Shown in pieces: positions 49,984 through 63,203 of a stretch of 64,000 bases of DNA (position 1 is its first letter; each line of letters starts with the position of its first letter). The position numbers and the translations under genes were made by a program. The notes below the pieces were generated by a model. That model ran no database searches and was not told where the DNA came from. It saw nothing but the letters and a program-made list of their open reading frames with translations. The stretch is from Squalus acanthias (taxonomy: Eukaryota), in NCBI GenBank assembly GCA_030390025.1, contig CM059432.1:36272001-36336000 (forward strand). The letters run 5' to 3'.

Positions 49984-52025
49984 GGGGAACGGTAGCATAG
50001 TGGTTATGTTACTGGACTAGTAATCCAGAGGCCTGGACGAATGATCTGGAGACGTTTCAAATCCTACCACGGCAGCTGGGGAATTTAATTTCAGTTAATT
50101 AAATAAATCTGGAATAAAAAAAGCTAGTATCAGTAATGAAACTACCGGATTGTTGTAAAAACCCATCTGGTTCACTAATGTCCTTTAGGCGAGGGAGTCT
50201 GGTCTGGCCTATATGTGACTCCAGACCCACATGGTTGACTTTTAACTACTCTCTGAAATGGCCTAGCAAGCCACTCGGTTGTACCAAACCGCTACGAGAA
50301 ACAATAATAAGAATAAAATCGGACGGACCACCCAGCATCAACCTTGGCACTGGCTTCAGACATGACAAAGGCACACCTAGTCCAGTCAACCCTGCAAAGT
50401 CCTCCTCACTAACATCTGTGGACTTGTGCCAAAATTGGGAGAGCTGTCCCACAGACTAGTCAAGCCTGACATAGTCATACTCACAGAATCATACCTTTTA
50501 GCCAACGTCCCAGACTCCTCCTCCACTATCCCTGGATATGTCCTGTCCCACTACCACCATGCTAAATGGGATAGATTCAGATCTAGCAGCTCAACACTAG
50601 GCATCCATGAGGCGCTGTGGGGCAGCAGCAGACTTGTATTCCATCACAATCTGTAACCTGGCATATCCCTCACTCTACCATTACCATCAAGCCAGGGGAT
50701 AAACCCTGGTTCAATGAGGAGTGTGGAAGATCATTCCAGGAGCAGCACCAGACGTACCTGAAAATGAGGTGCCAACCAGGGGAAGCTGCAACACAGGACT
50801 ACATGCATGCTAAACAGCGGAAGCAGCATGCTATAGACAGAGCTAAGTGATCCCACAACCAACGGATCAGATCAAAGCTCTGCAGTCCTGCCACATTCAG
50901 TCGTGAATGGTGATGGACAATTAAACAACTAACTGAAGGAGGAGGCTCCATGAATACCCCATCCTCAGTGATGGCGGAGTCCAGTACACGAGTACAAAAG
51001 GCAAGGCTGAAGAGTTTGCAACCATCTTCAGCCAGAAGTACCGAGTGGATGATCCAGCTCGGCCTCCTCCTGAGGTCCCCACCATCACAGAAGCCAGTCT
51101 TCAGCCAATTCGATTCACTCCACGTGATATCAAGAAACGGCTGAGCGCACTCGATACAGCAAAGGCTACAGGCCCGACAACATCTTGGCTGTCGTGCTGA
51201 AGACTTGTGCTCCAGAATTAGCCGCGCCTCTAGCCAAGCTATTCCAGTACAGCTACAACACTGGCATCAACCTGACAATGTGGAAAACTGCCCAGGTATG
51301 TCCTGTCCACAAAAAGCAGGACAGATCCAATCCGACCAATTACTGCCCCATCTGTCTACTCTTAATCATCAGCAAAGTGATGAAAGGTGTCGTCGACAGT
51401 GCTATCAAGCGACACTTGCTTAACAACAACCTGCTCGCCAATGCTCAGTTTGGGTTCCGCCAGGACCACTCTGCTCCAGACCTCATTACAGCCTTGGTCC
51501 AAACATGGACAAAAGAGCTGAATTCCAGAGGTGAGGTGAGAGTGACTGCCCTTGACATCAAGGCAGCATTTGACCGAGTGTGGCATCAAGGAGCCCTAGT
51601 AAAATTGAAGTCAATGGGAATTGGGGAAAACTCTCCACTGGATTGAGTCATACCTAGCACAAAGGAAGATGGTTGTGGTGGTTGGAGGTCAATCATCTCA
51701 GCCCAGGACATTGCTGCAGGAGTTCCTCAGGGCAGTGTCCTAGACCCAACCATCTTCAGCTGCTTCATTAATGACTGTCCCTCCAACATAAGGTTAGAAG
51801 TGGGGATGTTCGCTGATAATTGCAGTGTTGAGTTCCATTTGCAACTCCTCAGACAATGAAGCAGTCCATGCCCGCATGCAACAAGACCTGGATGATATTC
51901 AGGCTTGGGCTAGTAAGTGGCAAGTAACATTCGTGCCACACAAATGCCAGACAATGACCTTGGGGATGGGCAATAAATGCTGGCCTTGCCAGCGACGCCC
52001 ACATCCTGTGAACGAATTAAAAAAG
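49984..52025 (+). mobile_element. Internally deleted copy of the tRNA-headed single-ORF LINE, retaining both ends
   Basis: Starts GGGGAACGG then A box TAGCATAGTGG (49993-50003); degenerate B box at ~50055; EN and RT pieces; at ~51960 it jumps directly to the 3' tail. Confidence 0.92.
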
Positions 52026-52094
52026 GACTGCTGACACTGTCAAGTATGAGAAGTCGCACAACACCAGGTTATAGTCCAACAGATTTATTTGATT

Positions 52095-52133
52095 TTACAA
52101 GCTTTCGGAGCAGTTCGCTCCTTCGTCAGGTAA
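52095..52133 (-). ncRNA. Minimal hammerhead-ribozyme-like motif (left arm)
   Basis: Reverse complement of 52202-52240. Confidence 0.7.
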
Positions 52134-52201
52134 GTTTAGCAGTGAGAGAATCTCCCAGAATTCACAATTGTGAATTCTGGGAGATTCTCTCACTGCTAAA
52201 C

Positions 52202-52240
52202 TTACCTGACGAAGGAGCGAACTGCTCCGAAAGCTTGTAA
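52202..52240 (+). ncRNA. Minimal hammerhead-ribozyme-like motif (right arm)
   Basis: UUAC-CUGACGA-A-GGAGC(GAACU)GCUCC-GAAA-GC-UU-GUAA. Confidence 0.7.
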
Positions 52241-52681
52241 AATCAAATAAATCTGTTGGACTATAACCTGGTGTTGTGCGACTTCTCATTTTTGTCCACC
52301 CCAGTCCAACGCCGGCATCTCCACATCATGACTGTCAAGTATTGCACACGCAATCCTTGAGGAGCTACTATGGAGCTGCTGGCTTCCATGGAACTATACC
52401 ACAGCTTGAATCAGCATCGTAAAGCTATGAAGTTTAAAAGATGGGACAGGAACACTGACAACAAACTTAACATGATCTTGGGATTTCAGAAGCCTAAACA
52501 GATTCAGAGAGATCCCTGTTTTCTTTCAATTTATGTTGCAACTGAGCAAGTGGTTGTTGGGATCTGCTGGTTTCTTGGTAAGGTTTTTAGCAATTTCATT
52601 CTTTTTATTCATGAGAGCTATGATCAGATGACTGGCATTGTATCTGACTTCAGTTGCTTTACATTACCAATCTTGGCTAGC

Positions 52682-52960
52682 GGTTGTAGTAGCCTAGTGA
52701 TTATGCTACGAGCAATCTAGATGTCATCTGTTCAAATTAAATTGAATAAATCTGGTAGCACCAGAAACCAGCACAAAGGCTGCTGGATTGTTGTAAACAT
52801 CCAACTGGTTCATTAATGTCCTTTAAAGGAAGGGAGCCTGCCACTTCTGGCTCCAGTGTGACTCCAGTCCCACACTGTGGGTTGGGTCTTAAAAGGCCCT
52901 CCTGGCAACTAGGGGTGGGCAATAAATATTGCCTTGTCAATGTTGCCCAGCTCCCAAGAC
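52682..52960 (+). mobile_element. Decayed bipartite SINE of the same family
   Basis: TAGCCTAGTG A-box-like, CTGGTTCATTAATGTCCTT and GGGTGGGCAATAAAT tail. Confidence 0.7.
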
Positions 52961-55900
52961 CAAATAATTGGAGGAATCGCAGCTAAGTGGCAGAGTATTT
53001 TCCAGTAGAGATCCTATTTACTGCCCATGTACCTTGCACAGAATGCTAGTCACCTGTATAATAGTGGCTTTCATATGCTGAAGAGGAAGCCAGAAGATAA
53101 AGTGAAGGAGTAATTAAGATACACATTTATTCAGCAATATTATGATTGCAGCAAGGATGTCTCTGTAATCTGCCTTCATGCAGGGAGATGGCTGTGGTTG
53201 CTGTCACATAAACTGCTAGTAGTAGATGGGAACAGTAAATGGCCAGTGGTGGGAGTTTTTTTATAACTAAAAAAAACGCCCTGTATTTTCCTAATGGTTT
53301 AGTGAGTAAATGAACTGCGTGGTGTGATGATCCCCAAGTAAGCAAACCAAGAATTTTTTTTTTGTCTTTCTGCTGAAATAATTGGCTTTTTATATTGAAA
53401 ATCAACTGGAATTTGTGCTAGAATGGAATTTCAGAAATGGACTGGACTGTGAAAAAATAATCGCTTGGGCAACTAAGACCTGGCAATAAATGCAAACGCT
53501 GTCCACATCCTGAGAACAAATTAAAAAAAAACTTGAGCTTTTTGGCAGGCATTTCAACCGTTTCCTACTCTTGGTCACAATCCACTGACTGCTGCTGGAA
53601 GCGTGTTTGGCTATGGTGCTCCACTTAACATAGTCAAATGGGCTACAGATGCACACCGTCTGCACACAAGCTCACTCAAAGAATGGGCACTTGAAGGAGG
53701 CATTGGAGAGTGGCAGATATACATGGGATTGTATTCCAACATGAGTTAGTAACTTTAAGAGAAGAAGTGGGAGGGAGAAAGGAACAATATTCTAATAACC
53801 TCTACCATTCAGGTCTGTTCAAAGCTGCATATCTTGTATTTTGCTAAAATCATTAGCATTGAATGAACTGTCAAGGGGAGAAGGTGGTGAAGGAGTGGAG
53901 AGAACCATGTTTTTTTTTACCTGAAGCCTAATTTTTTTTTAGATGTTATACAGTATAAGTTCAGTATTTATTGATACCTGCGCTAACAAAATTAATGACT
54001 TAAAGTTTCCATGGTTTCTGGCACCTGCACCCACTCTGAAGGAAACTGATGACTTGATGAGGAATCTTATATAAAAAAAAACCCAGGCTTAGATTTAGAA
54101 TAGGCTGAGAAGAGAAGCACAGGAAGACTGAAATTTCAAGGATGGTAATTGAGAAGGATAAATAATATAACAATGTGACAAATACATGAAGGCTAAAAAG
54201 GCAAAGGGTTGAGTTTTTGTAGTTATTGTCTATTTCATACTGTCTCTTGCTCTCTCAACCTCTTTCAGCTGGAGTCAAAGTAACCAAGGCACCAAAACAA
54301 TGGCCCCTTTTATCCTTGAGGTGCAGGTATCTGGCACTATTGGTTTGCTTGTGCTTCAGATGCAGTACTTTTATCTGGAGATGTTGGGCAGCATACTGTT
54401 GAATCCACATCCAGCAACATCTTTCTGCATTTGTAGTAAAGCATCAGATAAAAGCTTCCACTTTGACATGGAACTGGAAATTGAAGATGTCAGATTTTAT
54501 TCTTTGGTTCTAGGACAGGTTGGTGACGGGTTGTTTTGAACAATCTCCATTCTTTGAGTGAAACATCAGATGCCTAATATTTTCTTAACCTTTCTCAAAG
54601 AACATGCTGAGCATGACCATAGCAACTTAAGGATCTTGACTCCAATACTGTTGTACTAACTCAACCCATAAAGTACTGAGTAGCAGTTTCAGCATAGGGT
54701 AGAATGTTGACATTGGCTTTTGGTCAGTGTATCCTCTTGTCTGACTCTCTTCTAGCTCCACATTGAGACCTGCAGAATGATGAAAAAAACAGTTGGGAAT
54801 AGGAGATCTGTCTTCCCTGATGCCCTGTGGGTCAATGCACCTGTGGTGCTAAGCCGTACAGACTAGTAAGATCTGGGATTTCTTTCCTGCTCTATGTTGT
54901 TGGCTCATCTCAGTCCGGTGTCAGTCGAGGCACTGCAATTAGTCTAGTGTTCCCGAGTTGAGGAAGGAAGAACCAGGGGTTTCCATTTATGTTTGTTATC
55001 GAGTGACCCTTGCTAAAAATGTAAGCATGAGGCTAGAACAAGTTCTGGTGCTATGAGCTTCCCCTTCTCCCACCCACTCAACACATATGCTGGCGATACT
55101 TGATCTTTTGGGCACACAAATGAAGGTTGGATGAGCTATTGGCTGGCTCGTGAAACTAACAGCAATGAGTTAGTGCCTTCAGAAGAGGAGGGGAGGAAGT
55201 TGTGGGGAAGGAGTTGTCCTCATGGAATCCTGCCTGCTTTGCCGGATACAGGTTCATTCATAATAATTGACAGTGTCTCATATCCCAATGCAAATGCCTA
55301 GTGTTCTTCTCCTCTCCCCCTGTCCCCATCACTGAAAAAAATCAAATGTTTGGCAAGATAAAGGTGATATGTTGTCAATCCATTGTTCAGCCACTGGTGT
55401 AGATTAACTCTGGAAGCAAACAGACACACAGGCAATTACTTAATTACATTAATAGTGCATATTCTGGGGAGCTAACCCAAAATAAAGAGTACTCTTAGTT
55501 AATCTAGCACTCTAGTAAATTATTTGTAGGAGTAAAGATTTTTTCTTCTCCCTTTCACCTTTTAATTCTGCAAAGTCTAAGACATGAATTCTTCTAAATT
55601 ATCTCTTGCTCCTGGACAGGGTACAAGAAAAACTGGCAATCATTTTCCCACCTCTGTGGCAATCAAGTGCATGAAGTAATTCCTGTCACTATTTGAAGTG
55701 GATTATAGATCTTTGGCAATCAGTTACTGGGTTATTCGCTACCTTGTTTAATCAGCCACTCATTCATTCACTTCTTCTTCATATTTTGAAAGCTTTGTGG
55801 TGGGAATATTGCCAAGCCAAGTAAAGGGTGGGTGGGTTGTGTATGTGTTTACATCCTCAAATATCCAGTTTTTTGAATGTCTGATTCCAGGTGCTGGACC

Positions 55901-57639
55901 TTTATGCTTCTTCCTCTAGTGCAGTAACTCTGTGTCCTTGAGCAGCTTTTTTTTTTCTTGGTCACATTCCCAGAATTGCTCCCTCATGGTTGTGACCAAG
56001 ATGTTTGCTCAAAACTGAAGCTAAAACTGCTGGTTTTCAGCTTGCTGACTTTTCATTATTTTTTAAATGACTATGTGTTATTTTAACTTCACACCCACCT
56101 TTTGTAATGTCCCTTGTCCTTGCACTTCCTAGAAAAGATGACAATCAGATGATTTTGTACGACTCTCTTGATGATGTGGTCAAGTTGGCTTGTAGGCAAC
56201 AGGCAAGAGCGGGCAGGAGATGGTTCTCTTTACTCCATCGTGCTCCAAGATAGGTGCTTTGCTTCCACTTGATGTGATCCATAGCAATACACACAAGATT
56301 AGATTCTTGAAGAAGGGAAGTGAGACTGTTCTGTTGTGAAGCACAGTGCTTACGGTGGTCCTTTGGAATGCTGTGTCTGCAGTACTTCACACAGGGAGCT
56401 TTACATGGAAGCACAATACAGCGACTTCACTGTATTGTTTGGTAGTTGCTGTTTTTTATGTACCAGTTTTGCTTAAGGCGGCAGCTGCTGCTACTTGCAG
56501 TATGCCTGACCCAAACTCCAAGCCTTCATCGTCCAGGCACTGGGTTTTCATGGGTCCTGTGAGGGCTGCTGTCTGAGATGGTGCAAAACACAGTCTTCAT
56601 CACATGGACTCTCTAGTTGGCCCAATGGGGACTGGAGTCAGACTGGAAAAGTAGCACTTGTAGGTTGCATTTCCTCACTTGGACACTCTTCTAGTGACAC
56701 TGTAATGTTCCACGTAAAAGTCCATTTAATAACCCCAGTAACTAGCCCTGCAAATTGGGACAGGAGTAAGTTGAAAAAATTGACTTTATTTTAAAACCAC
56801 AAATTTAATGACTGGTTTGGTTTAAATGTTAGAAATGTTCACACTGTTCGGTTGAGTCCTAGTCTTGTTTCCACAGGCTAGTTGATCAATATTAATTTGA
56901 ATTTTGTTGTGATCTGGGGCCCCCTCTTCAACTACGTAAGATTTTATTCAACACTTAACATCTGTGTACACTGGAAGATACTGAGGGCTGTAATCCTCAA
57001 GGACAGGAAATGTTGCAGCTCACTGAAGATTAATCCTTGGACACTGGTTACTGCAAAAAAAAAATTAAAACATTTCTTGGCTGGTTTGCAGCTATCTTCT
57101 GTTTTTCTGCAGATTGCTCTTTCCTCCTGAACATTGGCTCTGCCCCTTTAATATTTAACAAAACACTTGTAGGAGTGCCACTATATTTTGACAAGCTCAA
57201 TGAGTTACCGGTCTCTGGATTAGCCAGATGTCTTGGGAGTCGGCCATCACCGATTTTCTTCGCTGCTCCTGGAGGTGCTGACTGTTGCTGGGGTGAGTTT
57301 CAATAGGTAGCACTGTACGCCAATCTTCGAGTACAAGAATCATTAGATAGTGATCAGGAATAGGAATCGTAACTTCCTTTTTGTTCTCTCCTCTCTGCAC
57401 CTTCATTCCGCCCCCCCCCCCCCCCCCGCCCCCAACACCCAGTACAACCATGGGGCACCTCAGTTATAGCACCCTAAATGCTACATTGTCTGAGATCAGC
57501 TAACACAGCACAGACCGGTAATTTGTTTCATTGGGCTAGACATCACTGGTGGTCGACCTCCTCTAGTGTCCCTGTGAGCTAGCTGCTAATGGTGCATGAA
57601 TAATCTGGGGTAGGGGTGGGACCAACTCAAGATTGTTTC

Positions 57640-57810
57640 ATAGCATCATAGAAATTTGCAGCGCAGAAGGAGGCCACCCGGCCTATCTTGTCCACGCCGG
57701 CCGACAAAGAGCTATCCACTCTAATCCCACTTTCCAGCACTTGGTCCGAAGCCTTGTAGGTTACTGCACTTCAGGTGCATATCTAAGTACTTTTTAAATG
57801 TGATGTGGGT
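57640..57810 (-). mobile_element. CR1 3' tail
   Basis: Homologous to 7750-7915. Confidence 0.75.
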
Positions 57811-60087
57811 GGGGGGGGCATTTGCTCAATTTTTAAAGCGTTGATGAATTTTATTTGGTGTTCATTCCGGTTGAAATGCAAAGTTGAACAGTTGACGGGT
57901 GAAATAGCAGTGTAATTCTGGCCTGTTGCATGTTGCAAGGTCCTTCTGTTCAAAACCCTGATAATGCTTGTGTGTAAAAGGAATTATGTAGGAATGTATA
58001 GGACCAGAGAAGGTTGTTGGGGTTCAGCTGGCCATCCCAAAATTCAAAACGTGTCTTCCATGCAGTACTTAAACCACTCAATTGCTTTCTGTGAGTCAAA
58101 CTTGTAGGTTCACATCCCATTGCAGACTTGAGCTTATAAACTGGACTACCTTGTTGGAGATACTATCTTTTGGATGAGATGTTAAACCAAGGCCCTGTGT
58201 ATCTGTCAAGGTAGATGTAAAAGTCACCATGGTACTATTTCAAGAACAGGATGTTGGAATATGAATAGACATGGGTCGAATGGCCTTCCTCCTTTGTTTG
58301 TATTTTGATTATTGATGAATAATTAAAAATGACATTTGGGCAAGATAGATTCTTTCAAATATATCTTAATTCTAGTTAGGGTGGTAGTAATGGTTTTTAC
58401 CATTTTTCCCCGTGGGTACTTGAGGTAGGTTGTAAAGTTGCATACACTCCTTTTTACCTTGCCTAAGAGTCCGTTCTTGTAAGAACATTTACAATGACTT
58501 TTGTTTTAACCATGGCATCACAGTTGAGTTTGATCTCACTACACTTTCTCTCGCCACCTTCCCTTCCCAAAAAAAACTGGTCATCATAGACATGCAAAGT
58601 TTCCAGCTAAACTCACTTGCTAGTGATCAGAAGCTGAAACCTGGCACTTTTTGTTTTAATTTCCCCTTTCATAGTCCAGTGGCAATGAGGGAAATTGTGG
58701 CTCACTGCTGCTCTGGCTAAGACTCATTGAAGCTTCACTTAACTAATTAATATGTGGTGCAGCCTTTGCATGCAGAATGCATACAGTGTAGAGATTTGAG
58801 ACCGTATATATCAACTTGAATTTGGTTTTGGGCCAATGGGTACCTGAATGGCATCCAGCAGTACAAAACCAACAGAACGCTGCTTCTGACTTGGCAATGA
58901 ACCTCTGACTGTTGCCTTGTTTTTCTGTGTGCATCTGTGCTGAGAATTTACCTTTAGGAGGTAGTGGAAAGGCTTGTTTGTTCCAGTGAGTAGAGTACAC
59001 GTGATCATGTTGGTAACTTTAAACCGTAGACCTATGGTGTTGCAAAATGCAATGGACCCAGGATTGAGAGCAAGAGTATAATGGCTGCCATCTAATACCT
59101 CAGCAAGTAGCCAATCTTCATATGTGAGTCTAGACAGTGAGTATTGTGCTATGGCAGGTGCCATCCCAGCTGAATTTGATCCACACACAAGCAAATGTTT
59201 CAGCAGGGATTGTTGGATGAAGATCAGCACCAGGAATTCTGGCCAATTGAATCCCCTCTGATTCAGGCGCACTAGCCAACTGTAGCATCCCAACTGCTGA
59301 CCCTGCCTTACTTAGCAAAGACTGGGGTTTGAACCAGATACTTTTCCAATCTGTAACCTTATTTTCATAATTTTGTATGAAAGTTGCAGGTAGAAACTCC
59401 ACTTTTTGTTTCCTCTCCCTGCATGTACTGTGGGCTAGAATAAGTCAAATTTTATATTGTAAACTGGTACTATTGCACTGAACTCTAGAGAGATTATAAA
59501 AACCTTGGAAATGATGTGAAAACTGATTTTCAGATCTTACTCTTCCAGGCGTAATTGATTAGTGTTCAGATTCCCGATTGTCTATTGGGTAAAAGCAATG
59601 CCATATGGTGCAGAAAGCCCTAGATTTGATCCCCAGCCTTTGTTGAGTTAGCTGATCTAAGCCAGGACAGTGATCAAAGCATTGCAATTGGCTTCAGTTC
59701 CCCTGAGCTAGGAGGGTAAATACCAGCCAGAATTCTTGCTCCTGATTGCTTTGTGGTGACTGATGCGAGAAAGTTACCCTGTATGGAAGTGGGTGAAGAT
59801 GGGATCGGGCTCGGCTATAATATCAAATAGCCTGCTGACCTCGCTGGGTGCTCAGGTGGTCATTTTGGCTTAGAAACTGGGTAAGAAGTATTGAAATATG
59901 TGGTACTGTGGGAGAAGGGAATAGGATTTTAATTCTTTTTGCTGTCACTTTTTAAATTGTTGCATTGATTCCAGGAGATGTTGCAACATCTGTTTGCTGT
60001 CTGTTGCATCAGCTAGCATGTCTTTACATCTTCAGGGCTTGTTAATTTCTGACAGTCATACCTCATGGATACATAAACTTGACAACT

Positions 60088-60810
60088 TCATAGAATCATA
60101 GAAACTTGCTGCACAGAAGGGAGGCCATTTGGTCCGTCGTGCCTGTGCTGATCTTTAAAAGTGCAATCATGCTTCGTCCCACACCCTGACTTTTTGCCTG
60201 TAACCCTGCAAGTTCCTCATCCTCAAGTACCTGTCCCAACTGCCTTTTAAAATTATTTATGGACTCCGCTTCTACCACCTTCTCGGGTAGAGTGATCCAG
60301 ATCCCGACCACGCTGAGTGGGGAAAAAAATTCTCCTCACTTCCCCTCTAGATCATTGGCCAATTATTTTAAATCTATGACCTCCTGGTATTGACCCGCTC
60401 GCCAGAGGGAACAGGTTTTTCTCTTTCTAATCAATTAAAACCTCTCATCATCTTGAAAACGTCTATTAGGTCACCTCTTAACTTTTGCTGTTCCAAGGAG
60501 AACAGTCCTAACTTTTACAACCTCTCCTCATAACAAAAGCCCCATATCCCTGATAACATCCTGGCAAACCACCTCTGTTCCCTTTCTAAGGTCTTTACAT
60601 CTTTCCTGAAATGTGGTGCCCAGAATTGTCCACAGTACTCCAGCTGAGGCCTAACCAGTGATTTATAAAGTTCTAGCATGGTCTCTTTACTTTTATATTC
60701 TAGTCCTCTATTTATAAACCCAAGTAACCCATGTGCTTTTTTAGCCACCTTATCAACTTGCCCTGCCACCTTTAAGGATTTGTTTATATGGATGCCAAGG
60801 TGTATCTGCT
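60088..60810 (-). mobile_element. Decayed CR1 3' fragment
   Basis: [28 protein letters not shown] tail. Confidence 0.88.
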
Positions 60811-61466
60811 TAATTACATAAGAACATAAGAATTAGGAGTAGGCAATACGGCCTTTCGAGCCTGCACCGTCATTCAATAAGATCATGGCTGATCTTCGAC
60901 CTCAACTCCACTTTCCCGCCCGATCCCCATATCCCTTGATTCCTCTAGAGTCCAAAAATCTATCTATCTCAGCCTTGAATATACTCATGATTCAGCATCC
61001 ACAGCCCTTTAGAGTAGAGAATGCCAAAGATTCCCAACCCTCTGAGTGAAGAAATTCCTCATCTCAGTCTTAAATGGCTGACCCCTTATCCTGAGACTAT
61101 GCCCCCGAGTTCTAGCCTCTCCAGCCAGGGGAAACAACCTCTCAGCATCTACTTTGTCTATCCCTCTCGGAATCTTATGTTTCAATGAGATCACCTCTCA
61201 TTCTTCTAAACTCCAGAGAATATAGGCCCAATGTACTCAATCTCTCCTCATAGGACAACCCTCTCATCCCAAGAATCAATCTAGTGAACTTTGTTGCACT
61301 GCCTCAGATAAGGAAACCAAAACTGTGCACAATACTCCTGGTCTCACCAAAGCCTTGTACAATTGTAGCAAGACTTTCTTACTCCTGTACTCCAACCCCC
61401 TTGCAATAAAAGCCAACATGCCATTTGCCTTCCTAATTGCTTGCTGTACCTGCATGCTAATTCTGT

Positions 61467-63203
61467 ATAACAGAAAACGCTGGAAAAACTCAGCAGGCGA
61501 GGCAGCATCCGTGGAGAGAGAAACAGAGTTAACGTTTCAGGTTGAAGACCTTTTGTCAGAACTGGAAATAGCAGGAAATGAAATAGATTTAAGGCAAGGA
61601 TAAAGCTGGGAAAAGGGGGAGGGGATGAAAGAACAAAAGGAGAGATTAAGAGATATTAAGAGATGATCAAGGTGTTAATGTGACAGGTTGAGGCTAAAAG
61701 AAGTGTGAAATGCACTAGCAGAATGAAGGACAGCTGCCAGTTTCTAGGAGGGAAAAAAAAGGGGGGGGGGCAAACAAAAGGGTGGATGAAAAAAATTAAA
61801 TATAAATGTGATTGGGGCTGAGGTTATGATCTAAAATTGTTGAACTCGATATTGAGTCCAGAGGGCTCTAGGGTGCCTAAACGAAAGATGAGGTGCTGTT
61901 CCAATGTAGAGGAGACCACATCGTGAGCAGTGAATACAGTATACTAAATTGCAGGAAGTACAAGTAAATCGCTGTTTCACCTGGAAGGGGTGTTTTGGGG
62001 CCCTGGACAGTGGGAAGAGGGGAGGTATAAGGGCATGTGTTGCATCTCCTGCGCTTGCACGGGAAGGTGCCGGGCGAAGGGGAAGGGGTGCTGGGGGGTG
62101 GTAGAGGAGTGGACTAGGGTGTCGCGGAGGGAGCGGTCCCTGCGGAATGCTGAAAGGGGAGGTGAGGGGAAGATGCGTTTGGTGGTGGGATCACGCTGGA
62201 GGTGGCGGAGGATGATCCGTTGAATGTGGAGGCTGGTGGGGTGAAAGGTGAGGACAAGGGGAACTCTATCGTGGTTCCGGGAGGGAGGGCAGAAGTGCGG
62301 GAGATAGAACGGACACGGTCGAGGGCCGTGTCGACCACGGTAGAGGGGAATCCTCAGTTGAGGAAAAAGGAAGACATGTCGGAAGCACTGGTATGGAAGG
62401 TGGCATCATCAGAGCAGATGCGGCGGAGACGGAGAAACTGGGAGAATGGAATAGAGTCCTTACAGGAGGCGGGGTGGGAGGAAGTGTAGTCCAGGTAGTT
62501 GTGGGAGTCAGTAGGCTTGTAGTGACTGTTAGTCAATAACCTATCCCCAGAGATGGAGACGGAAAAGTTGAGGAAGGGAAGAGTCGGAGATGGACCATGT
62601 GAAGGTGAGGGAAGGGTGGAAATTGGAAGCATAGTGAATTAAATGTTCTAGTTCAGGGCGAGAGCAGGAGATGGCACCGATACAGTCATCAATGTACCGG
62701 AAAAAGAGGTGAGGGAGGGGACCCGAGTAGGACTGGAACAAAGAGTGTTCCACATATCCCACGAAAAGGCAGGCATAGCTAGGACCCATGCGGGTACCCA
62801 TAGCAACACCTTTAATTTGGAGGAAATGGATGGAGTCAAAGGAGAAGTTGTTCAATGTGAGAACAAGTTCAGCCAGGCGGAGGAGGGTGGTGGTGGATGG
62901 GGACTGGTTGGGCCTCTGTTCAAGGAAGAAGCGGAGCGCCCTCAGGCCATCCTGGTGGGGAATGGAGGTGTAGAGGGATTGTACGTCCATAGTGAAAAGG
63001 AGGAGGTTGGGGCCAGGAAACTGGAAACTGTTAAAATGGCGGAGGGCGTCGGAAGAGTCGCGGATGTAGGTGGGAAGAGACTGGACAAGGGGAGAAAAAA
63101 TAGAGTTGAGATAGGAAGAGATAAGTTCCGTGGGGCAAGAACAGGCTGAAACGATGGGTCTACCGGGGCAGTCCTGTTTGTGGATCTTGGGAAGGAGGTA
63201 GAA
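61467..63203 (-). mobile_element. 5'-truncated Penelope-like element (RT plus GIY-YIG)
   Basis: 11-bp TSD GCTAATTCTGT (61456-61466, 63204-63214); terminal unit at 61467-61565 with a mutated hammerhead-like core CUGACAA..GAAACGUU. Confidence 0.93.
61824..63203 (-). pseudogene. Penelope reverse transcriptase and GIY-YIG endonuclease, disrupted
   Basis: FYLLPKIHK, PGRPIVS, MDVQSLYTSIP, GVAMGTRMGPSYA and RYIDD; NLVYCIHCSRCGLLYIG (~61900-61950) is joined by a deletion to EQHLIFRLGTLEPSGLNIEF. Confidence 0.9.

Larger units (their letters stand above)
52048..52330. mobile_element. Penelope-like fold-back insert: 244-bp palindrome (52046-52289) plus a 41-bp tail
   Basis: Centre CAA|TTG at 52167/8; 12-bp TSD ACTGTCAAGTAT (52036-52047, 52331-52342); the same peptide appears on both strands in the ORF track. 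Confidence 0.92.

Noticed and set aside
51977..52289. Identical peptides encoded on both strands (MRSRTTPGYS...)
   Set aside because: A consequence of the DNA palindrome, not genes.
56145..56414. Possible ancient RTE C-terminal remnant on the - strand
   Set aside because: Only a faint resemblance (IAMDHIKWK); too weak to call.
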